Positions 36,938-49,279 of a DNA stretch of 64,000 nt are shown piece by piece (position 1 is the stretch's first letter; every line of letters begins with the position of its first letter). The DNA comes from Octopus sinensis (Eukaryota). The DNA lies in assembly GCF_006345805.1 (NCBI RefSeq), contig NC_043001.1, positions 66,588,001-66,652,000 of the forward strand, in the 5' to 3' direction. The translations under genes and the position numbers were made by a program. The notes beneath the pieces are model-generated. The model saw only the letters and a list, made by a program, of their open reading frames with translations, was not told the origin of the DNA and made no database searches.

Positions 36938-39082
36938 TGCTACTTCTCAAAAGACAATGCAGATACAGCTAAAGACAATGTTCTGCTTTGCCAACCCATC
37001 AACCTAATAATAATATTAATCAGAACAATTTCTAATCTTATATGACTTTCCTTTATAATTGCAGATATTTTTACTATTATCAATAAAACTGATCTGAAGC
37101 CTTCACATTTTCTTCACACAGGGTTTTTCATTAAGTTTCTATGAAGCATATTTTTATTGTCAGTTCACTCGGGAAGTTACTGTGGCAATTGAATTTATCT
37201 GATTAAATGTAGAAGCCACTGTTCAAATGGCAGCTGATACTTCTATATATTACACATAGACACACATGTTTTAGTGTAGCATCTATGAAAGTGTTATGAG
37301 AATGGAAATTCTGACTGCTTCTTACTTTATTACATAGTTTTTTTTTTCTTACCAATACCATGACGTGAATGAGTCAACACATTCCTTTCATGATGCTAAA
37401 CACTTTAACTTGATATGGAACTAGTATCTGTTGTACAGTTGGATAGTTTGGCAACAAAACATAGGTGTAAAGTGACTTGTTTACCAACAGAAATATTGCT
37501 GGTTTGTCAGGCTTTTTCCTAATTTCCTCCTTACATATTAATGAATTTACATTTTTTTATTTAATCGATTTAAATGTTGGTGAGAAGTTGGTAAGCACAA
37601 AGAAGATATAACAATGATCCTTTATTAATTGTTAGCAAGAACAGTGTTTTGTTTTGCAACCTTATACATTACCAAGTATATTAAATGTTTACAAGTCAGT
37701 GTGTTTTACTTTTGTGTTAGCTGTGCAATGTTCTCGTTTTCAAGTTTATTTCTATAGATATTCTATAGAATTCAATGCCAGCACTGCAAGTTATGACATT
37801 TCATTTACAAATGCATCTGTGTAAACAAGGTGATCGATGTTAGAAAAAATAGGTAATGGGCATATATGTATATTTCAAGAGTTATTGCGATTCCATCAGC
37901 ATCACATCCAACCTATCAACTATCCATGAATGCATTACATAAAATACTTCAGCATATACATTCCCTTACATGCAGGGATAGAGAGAATTCCACCTTTTTG
38001 ACTTGTTTTCTCTGGAGACTTTGTGACCTCTGGAATGAAGCACCCAACCATCATCAACATGGCCTCACCCAGCACCCACAATTGCTGACTCTGCCTCAGC
38101 AAGAGAATGTACATTCTCCATTATCCTGCAGCATTTATCAACAGGAAATACAAACTAGCTTATTGCTGCCATCAGAGGTACACTCTCTTGATGAACTTCA
38201 AATCACTGGCTGCCAACAACCTAGATATGCCATTTTAACATTGGCCACACTTCAACACTGGCTACCCCACCACCAAGGACAGGGTTCCTAGTCACTGATG
38301 CCTATGCAGATCACAGGCTGACCTCTCAGCTTTATGCATACCCTGTATCCCCCCCCCCTGTTCACCTCCATATATGCCAGCACAAACACACACACATGTA
38401 TGTATGTATGTATACTTCTTCCTCACACCACAAGACCTCAATCCAACACCAATACCCCTTCGTACCCAAGCAATGTTGTAACTGTTGTAGCATGCATTTG
38501 TCATACTCACACATAAATACCAAAAGTATGCATATGTATGTACATACACATGTATACACCAGATAAAAACACATGCATGCATATATGTTCTTCCAGACAA
38601 ACACACACACAAACATAGTGTGTGTGTGAATGCATATATGTGCGTTTATGTATGTGTGTAGAACTATGAGTGTAAATACCTGTATACCTATGGTATTTAA
38701 GCTGGATGGAACTAGGCAAAAAGGTGATGACAATTCTATGGCTTTCTGCTGAAGTTTTTGTTTTTCTCCATCTCACTTAACTGACAAGATAATCATCATC
38801 ATCATCATCATCGTTTATGATGATGATGATGCTACTTGGTTTTAACGACAACTCATGTCAACATTGTCTGTGATTATTGTACTGTCTCAATGTCAATATT
38901 AGCTGTAAACTAATTTAGATAGTGATTTGAAATAATATAGTTATTTGATCTCTTTCAGTACATCTATCTAATATTTTTATAAATTGGAATGTTAGTTTTC
39001 AAAATACTACTCATCCAACAGAATTGGTTGAATTTGTTGTGATTAATGTATTATCTCACCTGTTCAACATTTTAACTGTTTC

Positions 39083-39145
39083 AAATTTTACCTGAGGATG
39101 ATGACTACATCAATAAAATTTTACTGAAACAGCTGTCATAAATTT
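39083..39145 (+). ncRNA. Type I hammerhead-like motif (Penelope-type)
   Basis: aaattttac-CTGAGGA-tgatg/acta/catca...ttttact-GAAACAGCTGTC-ataaattt: palindromic helix III ACAGCTGT, GUC site, imperfect helix I. Confidence 0.55.
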
Positions 39146-39229
39146 AAAACCCCATTTGTGTTCATTTTATTATAGAAGGAATATATTTTACATTCTTATA
39201 TAACTGGCAGTGAGGCTTTATAATCTTCA

Positions 39230-40560
39230 AATTTTATTTCAATTCTTCTGATTCATACTGATGTAATCTGTTCTGTTACTGTCATAGTAATTTTGTTCCA
39301 ATTGTTTTCAAATTTGGTGTAATGATATAGTTCTATATGCTAATTATGGAAATGAAATTAAATTTTGCCATAAATTAATAAAACATTAATAGCTTTTAAA
39401 TTTTGCAATTTTTTTTGTAATTTTAGCTAGTTGAAAGCCACAGATACATTGGTGTTTCCATAGAAACAAGCTGAGCTGTAGCCTACTCTTGAAAAGGATG
39501 CAATGAATGTGTGTCAATCAGAAAAGGTACATGATTGGAAGGTGGCACCTTTCCTCTTAGGACTGTACTCATCGTCAAGGAATTGATTTCAGTTCAGATT
39601 TCTGTTGAAGAACTGGTGATGCACAGCTGTTGATTTCTACAGCTACGTTCATGATATATGTGCTGAGGACCTGCTCTGCAACTCATTTCAGATAGGCAGT
39701 CCTGGGAAGATTGTTGTGATAGATGAAACAGTCTTCTCAAGTCATAAATACCCGAGCTACCTGAGCAGTGAATTTTCTGGGGAGTGTATCGTGAGACTAG
39801 ACTCTTTCTTTATGTGGTGCTATGCCGGAATTGTGACACACTAGAAGCATGCATATACCAGTTAATTCTCTCAAGGATCACAATATTTATCGACCTGTAG
39901 AAGGCCAGATCTCACATTCCTGGAATTAGAGGTTATAATTTTCGACATAGAATGGTGAACCACAGCATTAAGTTTATTAACTCAAGGTGGTACCTGCACA
40001 CAACAAATGCATATGGATGGGACTGTGTAAAACAAAGGAATAAATGAAGCTGTGGGACCCACTGTTCCATGGTTGACCCATATCTCTGCAAGTTTATGTG
40101 GTGCAGGAGATATGAAAGTTGTAATTTGTTTGAGAAACTCCTAGAGTGTATCTCAAACTTTCATTTTTAAATTTTCATTACCAAAAATGTATTTTTTTCC
40201 ATCAATTGAACTATTACTACAGTAGTATAACATACAGTAATTTTTTTTGCAAAAAATATAATTTCAGTGAGGTTTTTGCTTTTTGAATCATTAACATGTC
40301 CGTTCTACTGTTTCGCATGATGACTTTATTGGTTAAAACTTATCAAAATTTCAAAACCTCTTACAACTTTCATTGTTGACCATTTTGTGATAGACAGGTA
40401 TCATGGAGAAAATACCAGCTTCTAAATCCTGTTTTTTTAAAGCTCTAACATTTTTCTAAAACTTTTCTGAAAGATTTGAATAATAAAATCAGATTCAGCA
40501 TGAACAATTACATCAGTATACCAAGTTTGAAAATTTTCAGTCAATTTTAAAATTGCAAAA
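39230..40560 (+). mobile_element. Merlin (IS1595-like) DNA transposon remnant
   Basis: AVDFYSYVHDICAEDLL...IGSPGKIVVIDETVFSSHKY (39692-) ... ITIFIDL*KA...RHRMVNHSIKF ... YLCKFMW, matching the DDE_Tnp_IS1595/Merlin layout; degenerate subterminal inverted repeats (atactgatgtaa / ttacatcagtat). Ends are approximate. Confidence 0.82.
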
Positions 40561-40589
40561 ACTGTTACAACAGAAAAGATCCAACAATT

Positions 40590-40952
40590 GTTTTCCAAAC
40601 CAATGCCATTTTGAGTTCAGTTCCATTGCACAGTACCTTGGACAAGTGTCCTCTTCTATAGACTTAGGCCAACCAAAGCCTTTTGAGTGAATTTGGTAAA
40701 TAGAGACTGAGAAAAAAAAACGTTATTGTATATGTGTTTATATTTATGCTCTATAAAAGCCGTGTGTGTTGTTGTTACTTCTGTTAATGAATTATCTGCT
40801 CGCTTCATACCTTCAAAGATGTTGGAATAAGACATCCCTTACTTGAAAAATAGGTAGGTAAATGTTAGCAACAGGAAAGGCATCTGGCTGTAAAACAATG
40901 ATACCTCAGTAATATATTTATTTAACTCATGCTAGCATGGAAAAACGTTTGA
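40590..40952 (+). mobile_element. SINE with RTE-like tail
   Basis: gagttcagttccattgcacagtaccttggacaagtg...aggaaaggcatctggctgtaaaac...catgctagcatggaaaaacg. Confidence 0.7.
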
Positions 40953-43020
40953 ATATGTATGTTTGTCTGTACTATTGTGTAGGTCTGTGTCTCTATATAC
41001 TAGTGTTTGTTGGTGTGTTAAGTTTTATCCCTTTATGGCAATAGAGTAAAACTTAATCATCCAACAAAATAGAAATACATGAGTTTCAAATTGAAGATGC
41101 CCATGTACAAATATGAGAAGACAAGAGTTTTGTTAATGAAATATCACCTGTATATTACTGGTTTGAGAGAAGGGACGAAAGGGAAAGACAATGAAAGCCA
41201 GTGAAAGTTAAACTGAAAATAGTAGACCATTATACTGCTTAGTAGTATAAAATTATCCAGTATAGTTGTGTAATCACTATTTCTGATAAATGCTGATGAC
41301 AGATAATACAACTATATATTTGATAGTTTTGGGTTTGTTTTGGCTGTGACTTCTTCAGCCAGAAACTTAAATCAGTATGTTGTAAATAAAATTTTTTTTA
41401 AAAAAGAAAAAGAAATATCTGCTACATGTCTGTCATCTTACATGTTAGCTGTCAAACTTTGAACTAGAATCAACTTTCAAAATAGCCTTGAAATTTCATT
41501 TTTTCCCATAGGAAGGACTTTTGTGTTGTTCAGAAATGGTGGACCTGTAAACTGGTGGATAGATTATCAAAATTTAGAAGCCCTGGTTCAATTCCTCTCA
41601 ATTCTAGTTCTCTGCTAGTTGCCTTTTTATTTAAATGTGGTAATTAATATTATTACTCAGCTTGCTAGAATTAACAACTAAATCCTCCTTCTCATCACAC
41701 ACTACAGTCTGAAGGCAAAGCAATTCTACATATACTGAAAATATAAAAAAAAAGGTTTTTCCAACTGGGTTGACTTGGTTAAATAGCAAAAATGGCTATA
41801 ACTGATTGCATTTTATTAAATTTGGAGAGTAGAATTTAACAGGTCTTGTTTGATATCCAAGGAGAAATTGATTTCTCTGAATTTCCTTAATTCTTTGACA
41901 TTTCCACTTACAGCTTACTTGCTGTGATGTATGATGTAGTGACAAGTAGTGCACACAAGAATCTCTGGTGAAATATCTTTATCAATTAAGAACCAATACA
42001 TAATCTCTATATACCCTCCTCTCACCCACTCTTGCTTCTTCATAGTCTGTGGCCTCCACTAACACCAGTAACAAATATAGAACATCATGTGGATGATTGT
42101 TGTATAACCCTAAGTGAACATGGATTGAACAAATTGATAATCAAAGTCAAAATTCTCTCCTCTTTTTATTCAGGTATAGTGTCTCTAGGACTGCATTATT
42201 TAATGTTCCCTTCCTTTCCTAAAAGTTGTAATTGCAAGAAGATGCTATTTCCAGTAGGTTGTGCAACTGTGTAGACTCACCATTGTTGTGCAGTGCAGTA
42301 TAAAATACAGTTTAAACTGATTCAGAAAATGCAAGTAAGCTGCTGACAAGCTAATTCTGTAGTGTAGGGTTAATTTTGTTCTGAGATATTTCACATAAAC
42401 TTCATACCTGCAATCTCCAGCTGTAGTCAATAATTCAGAAGGGTTTAGGCTTGGTAAGATTAGCTGTCATAAAACATTACTGGGAACAAAATGAAATCTT
42501 TGACAGGGTCCTAATTAGCTAATAAAAAACAGGACATTTTCAAGATTGCAATCTTTCATATGCACTTATAGAATTTAAGTTTGTTTTTATTGGAGAGGAA
42601 ATGGAGAAGTTTAGATGTTGATGTATTTTCCAACAGCATCAATGGTGTGTGGGAATAGAAGTGTAATATTTAGACTATCGTATGTAGAACAGATTCTATT
42701 CTGTTTAGAAATGGATGAAAAAACAACTAGAAAAAGAAAATGTTTTTAAAATTCTTAGAGGAGCAAATAAGGTTTCACCTAAAATTAGTAACAGGAATAC
42801 AGACTGGAATGAAAAAAGTCAACAGGGAAGTAAAAAATATGGTTATTTATATGAAATCAGATATACCTTCAGTAGCAGTTATGTGTGTGGGTAGTTTGGT
42901 AGGAGTAGGATGGTTGTGAAACAGGTTTTCCTGATTCAACCATAAGAAGTTAATAATTTCCCTACTTCTTACAAACCCCTAATAACAACAACATCAACAG
43001 CAACAACAAATACATACATA

Positions 43021-45571
43021 CATCATCATCATCATCATCATCATCGTTTAACGTCCGTTTTCCGCGCTAGCACGGGTTGGACGGTTCGACCGGGGTCTGG
43101 GAAGCCAGGGGCTGCTCCAGGCTCCAGTCTGATCTGGCAAAGTTTCTACAGCTGGATGCCCTTCCTAACGCCAACCACTCCGCGAGTGTAGTGGGTGTTT
43201 TTTACGTGTCACCTGCACAGGTGCCAGGGGGGGTCCGGCATCGGTCACGATCGGTAGGAGCTTTTAACGTGCCAGCAGCACGGAAGCCAGCCAAGGCGGC
43301 GCTGGCAACGTTCGGATGGTCTTTTTATGTGCCACCGGCACAGGAGCCAGTCGGGGCGGTGCTGGCATCGGCCATGTTCGGATAGTGCTTTTTATGTGCC
43401 ACCGGCACACAGGAGCCAGTCGGGGCGGCGCTGGCATCGGCCACGTTCGGATGGTGCTTTTTATATGCCACCGGCACAGAGGCTAGTCGGGGCGGCTCTA
43501 GCATCGGCCACGTTCGGATAGTGCTTTTTATGTGCCACCGGCACAGGCATCACAACTACTATTTCCATTGATATTTATTTCGACGTTCATGTTCATGTAC
43601 TTAACTCAACAGGTCTCCTCAAGCACAGCGGGACGTTCTGGGATCCGGGGTACTTTGAATGGGGTATGCGGAACTGATGCAGCCCGGGTCTTTGCAGCCA
43701 CAGCATATCTCCAGAGATCTCGGTCCTTCGCCATTGCCTCAGTGAGGCCCAACGCTCTGAGGTCATGCTTGACTACCTCATCCCATGTCTTCCTGGGTCT
43801 ACCTCTCCCCCTGATACCTTCAACTGTTTGGGAGTGGCACTTCTTCACACATCTCTCCTCATCCATCCGCAGCACATGACCATACCATCGCAAGCGTCGC
43901 TCTTGCACACCACATCTGATGCTTCTTATATCCAGCATTTCTCTCAGGGTGCTTACACTCTGTCGTGCGTGCACACTGACATTACACATCCAGCGGATCA
44001 TGCTAGCTTCATTTCTTTCAAGTCTACGCATGTCCTCTGCAGTCACAGCCCATGTTTCACTACCGTGAAGCATGGCAGTTCGCACACACGCATCATACAA
44101 TCTACCTTTTGCTCTGAGGGAGAGACCCTTTGTCGCCAGTAGGGGTAGGAGCTTTCTGAACTTTGCCCAGGCTATTCGTATTCTAGTGGTGATACTCTCT
44201 GTGCATCCACCTCCACTACTAACTTGGTCACCCAGGTAGCGGAAACTATCAACTACTTCTAGTTTCTCTCCCTGGAGTGTGATGGAATCTGTTTTCTGAG
44301 TGTCTGTGGTGTCTATTGTCCCTGTACATCTGCCGCACATGAAAGCTATCTTATCTGTTAATTTCCCTTTAATGTTGCTGCACCTCTTGTGCGTCCATAG
44401 CTTACATTGGGTGCATCTTATGGAGTTTCTACCTACACCTTTCCTACAGATCGAGCAGGGCCACCTGCCCGAGGGGGTGTGTGCTGAGTTCGCCTTTCTG
44501 CTTACTATAACTTTGGTCTTTGCTACATTTACTCTAAGGCCCTTTGATTCTAACCCTTGCTTCCACACCTGAAATTTCTTTTCTAGTTCCGGTAGTGATT
44601 CTGCTATGAGAGCCAGGTCATCAGCATAGAGGAGCTCCCAGGGGCATCCTGTTTTGAATTCCTCTGTTATTGCCTGGAGGACTATGATGAATAAAAGGGG
44701 ACTGAGGGCTGAGCCTTGGTGCACACCTACTTCTACCCGGAATTCTTCACTATATTCGTTGCCAATCCTAACCTTGCTGACAGCCTCTCTGTATAGAGCC
44801 TGTACAGCCCTTATTAGCTATTCGTCAATTTCCAGTTTCCGCATCGACCACCAGATAAGGGAACGGGGAACCCTGTCAAAGGCTTTCTCCAAGTCCACAA
44901 AAGCTATGTAGAGGGGTTTATCTTTAGCTAGGTACTTCTCCTGCAGTTGTCGGACCAGGAATATAGCATCAGTGGTGCTTCTACCCGGCACAAAACCGAA
45001 CTGCATTTCATCTAAGCAAATTCTCTCCCTAATGAGATGGGTTATGACCCTCTCTGTGATCTTCATCACCTGGTCCAACAGTTTGATACCCCTGTAGTTA
45101 TTTCTATCTAGAGCATCACCCTTACCCTTGTAGCAGTTGACTATGGTGCTGCTACGCCAGTCATTGGGTATGACTCCATTATGAACTACCTGGTTTACAA
45201 TGCGGGTGACTAGGCCATAGCCCACATAGCCAGCTGTTTTAAGCATCTCAGCAGTGATTCCTGATGGGCCGGGGGCTTTACCAGGTTTCATATCCTTAAT
45301 TGCCTTAACTACCAGGGAGCTGTCTATTCGGGTAGCTGGTCCCTCTTCTGGGTCAACATTTGGCAGGCTCTCCTCCTCCCATTCATTCTCCTCATTCAGC
45401 AGTCTTTCATAATGGCTTCTCCAAGCCTCTTTCTTTTCACTAACAGTAAAAGCAAGTGCCCCATCATCCATGCGGACACATTTCTCTCCTGTAACATCAC
45501 TATTTTCTCTGACACACTGTCTGGCAATCTGAAATACCTCAGCTCTTTGGTCCTCACGTCGCTGGACATTA
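43021..45571 (-). mobile_element. 5'-truncated RTE LINE (copy 2), same young subfamily as copy 1
   Basis: ORFs 44818..45594 and 43606..44724 share a frame and are separated by one TAG where copy 1 has TGG; intact YADD and PHD; 3' UTR has about six tandem units; tail seen as (CAT)8 on +. Confidence 0.95.
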
Positions 45572-46014
45572 GATATTTCAAAAGCAGAAACCATAACCCA
45601 ATATCAGTGTCAAATTAAAAAAGGAAATGAAAGGGGAGAAGGAGCATGGTGGCAGCGACGGGTGGGGTTGGTTTAGAAATAAATGAAGATAAAAGGATAC
45701 ACCATTACTTAAACAATTAAAAGAAGTCAGTTTGACATTTGGGTATCAAGTAACAACAACAACAACAAAAATAATTGAAGTCAATAGAAAAATGTCAGTT
45801 AAGTTTATTTCTCATTCCTTATGGGTGTAGTTTTAGAGATAGAGAGGAGAGAATGTCATAGATCCATTTAAAAAGCAGCAATAATACCACACTTTTGGCT
45901 TACAGTTTTTAGTTATATCTTTAGTAGAAGGTAGATAGAAGTAAGGTCCAGAGTAGTGACAGTTCAATATACCATAAATATTACAAAGAAATATCTTTGT
46001 TTTTATGTTTTGTG

Positions 46015-46410
46015 TAGGCATGGCTACATGGTCAAGAAGTTTTCTTTGCAACCATGTGGTCTCAGGTTCAGTTCAACTGCACAGCTCTTTGGGTAAGTGT
46101 GTTCTACTATAGCCCTGGGTCAATCAAAGCCTTATAAGTGGATTTGGTAGATAGAAACTAAAAGAATCCCGTGTGTGTGTGTGTGAATATCTCTGTTTCG
46201 ACATTATGTGGTAGTTGTAAATGAGCAGCTCAGTCATACAAGTGATGATGATAGTTACTAGTCTTCTATGAAAAACATGTCAGGTCATGGAGAAATGTAA
46301 CTCTATTTGGAAAAAAGGTAAGGATTGGTGACAGAAAGAACATTCAGTTGTAAAAAAGCTGTTTCAACCAATTCCATGACGCATGGAAAAATGGTTCTTA
46401 AAATGAGGAT
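46015..46410 (+). mobile_element. tRNA-head SINE with RTE-like tail
   Basis: ggcatggctacatggtcaagaag...caggttcagttcaactg...gatttggtagatagaaac...catggaaaaatggttcttaaaatgaggat. Confidence 0.7.
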
Positions 46411-48831
46411 TTGTGAAAAATGGAAGGAAGGAGCCAAAGAATAGTGAAGATTTTTGGATTAACTCTTACATAGAAATTGACTTCCAATTGTGACAATTTT
46501 ACTTTATTTACTTGAACAGTGTCTGCTAATAACATGACTCCAGTAATCTGTAAATTTGAGTAGAATATATTTGCCAGCCTACTAGAGTGATTTTTCTACT
46601 TGTAAATATATTGATTTGAAACAAATATGATTGTAGGAAAGAACTCAGAAACCTCAGATTTTGACAGCTAGATATGTCTTTCAGTGTATCTTTGTTATAG
46701 ACACAGTGCTCAATACTCTAAAAATAATGTATATTAGGTTGCACTATTTTAACTGTGCTTTAGAATATTTGGCACTGAGATTTATTGAGATATATTCATA
46801 TATGGATTTGGGCATTTACTGCTCTGTTTATGAGAACTTTTATAGTTGTTTAGCTAGTGATTCTTCATTGATTTCAAAATTAAAAGTAGTAAAAGAAAAG
46901 TAGTGTATTCCAAGAGAAATATGGTGACAAAAGAGTTAATGACATTGCTCCATGCTGGCATGGCTGGGCTGTTTGACTGGCACACACACGCATGCATACA
47001 TGCATGCACCCACACTCACTCACTCTCTCTCTCTCCCTTTCTCTCAATCTATGTCTTGCAAGTAGCATAGTGACTTTGCTTGTGCTGGTGCCATGAAAAA
47101 AGGGTACCTAGTGCTTCCTGTAAAGTGTTTAGTGTTAGAAAGGGCATCCAGCCATAGAAACCAAGCCAAAAATGAAATATAACAGAAATATGTGGTCCTC
47201 TGAAGAACTAACTCAGGTTATGATGACCTGTCCAACCCATGCCAGCATGGAGAGTGGATATCAAATGAAGATGGAATGTATTCAGGTTTTTGAGGTGATA
47301 GGCACATGAGAGAACAAAGATTCATCCCTGAATTCGATGCCTGTACATTATCACAAGGTTAACTCTTAACTGGTGCTAGAACCTATTTTTAGTTGAGTGG
47401 TGAGAACTCAATGTTCCTTCCTGCATGAGAATTGAATCTATGACCTCTTGATCATGAACCCAATACCATAACCACTAGGCCATGGGCTTCAGATGACTTT
47501 ATGTGTGTGTATGTATACACACACAAAGTCTAGTCATTAGAATTTGTGATTGTCCATGTTTATCAGAAAAGATTCCCCAGTTAAAAAAATAACTACTAAT
47601 TATGACTGAAAATTTAGACAAGAATTACTTCCTTTTATAAGATTGCTATCAGCATGCTGCTCTGTGGGAATTGATGGATGTGGAGGTGTGAGATGTGTTT
47701 TACACATTTTGTATTTCATAGAAACAAAAAGTGACTGTATCTTAATTCTGAGGAATTTGAAGTTTTACAAGAGTTAAAATTTATCTTTTAGATTAAAATA
47801 GAATCTTAGCAGAGAATTTAATATAAATTTCATTAGATCTTGTTTTGTTTTTGTAATTGCTATTTTAACGAATAAATCTTTTGAAATTTTAAGCCATTTG
47901 TTAAAACAATAGAATAAAAACATTCATGATATTAAAAAGAAAGGTTTGCAGTGCATGTATGTATATATTTATACATGTTTTTATATCTATGTATATGTGT
48001 ATTTGTATGTACTGTATACATATGTATGCGTAGTGTGTGTGTGTATATATATGCTTGTATGTATATATATATATATATATATGTATAATAGTAGTTGCTG
48101 CAGTAAAAGAGGTTATTGTAGTAGTAGTTTTGATGGTGGTATTGCATAAGTTTTTAAGATGGAGATTAGATATTTGTTAATGTTAAAGCTGTTCTTGTCA
48201 AGTTACCCCTGAAAATGTTATGAAAAGTTGGGGCTTTTTAAATTTTTTTCTTTTATAGAAAAACCAGTCACTTAGATATTTTCTATTGATTTTGTTCATC
48301 AGTCCAAAGAGTAAATGCAGAAAAGGTACTCTGAATTTCTCAAGACACTTTTCCCAATGTTTAAATCAGATTGTTTATGTGACATCCAGTAAAAGACAGC
48401 TTTTATTTTGTTAAATTCCAAATTAATTTTCAGAAATGTTTTAATTTACAATAAAGATGGCTATTATTGTTTAGTTCAAAATCAGCTCTGACAGTGCAAA
48501 TCTACATGATCAAAGGAAATAAATCACTATCAACTTGTATTTTTAAGGTGTATGTAGGAATACATTATCTTTCCTTTTTCTTCAAGTTGGGAGTTTGTTG
48601 GGGGAGATTTGGCTGCTATTTTTAATCAATTGCCAACTGTGCAAGGGTATGATAATCAACATATTTTCATATTACAGAGACCATGTAGAATATCATTTCT
48701 CTTGAAACTTTCCATTTGTCAATGAATTTCTTTATTTTATTTTTTTGTTCTATCTGGTTTTAATCTTTTTGTGAGCATATTCTTGAAGGTGGTGCCTCAG
48801 CATAGCTACAGTCCAGGCATTGTAACTAATA

Positions 48832-49024
48832 CTCTTTTACTTGTTTCAGTCTTTTGACTGTGGCCATGCAGGAGCACTGCCTTTAGTCAAGCAAATCAAC
48901 CCCAGGACTTATTCTTTGTTAGCCTAGTACTTATTCTATTGGTCTCTTTTGCTGAACCGCTAAGTTAGGGGGATGTAAGCACACCAGCATCGGTTGTCAA
49001 GTGATGTTGGGGGGATAAACACAG

Positions 49025-49092
<68 letters not shown>

Positions 49093-49279
49093 GACGGGCT
49101 TCTTTCAGTTTCCGTCTACCAAATCCACTCACAAGGCTTTGGTCGGCCTGAGGCAATAGTAGAAGACACTTACCCAAGGTGCCACGTAGTGGGACTGAAC
49201 CCAGAACCATGTGGTTTGTAAGCAAGCTACTTACCACACAGCCACTCCTTTGCCTATACTTACCACACAGCCACTCCTA
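48832..49279 (-). mobile_element. Well-preserved tRNA-head SINE with internal (TA)n/(TG)n and duplicated 5' end
   Basis: Minus strand aggagtggctgtgtggtaagtagcttgc...gggttcagtcccactacgtggc; different 3' tail (catggccacagtc...gactgaaacaagtaaaagag); acttaccacacagccactcct occurs twice at 49229-49279. Confidence 0.85.

Noticed and set aside
37065-37144. Acceptor followed by DIFTIINKTDL (GTPase G4 NKxD-like)
   Set aside because: No donor site or other G motifs, and a stop follows after about 26 codons; expected by chance.
37866-38291. 141-aa ORF
   Set aside because: Only a weak CR1/L2-like 'F..R...LWN..P' resemblance, running into SINE-like DNA; neither a gene nor a confident LINE call.
43195-43550. 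CRISPR-like repeat array
   Set aside because: Whole units are mutually similar (no unique spacers), they lie in a LINE 3' UTR, and there are no cas genes in this eukaryotic context.
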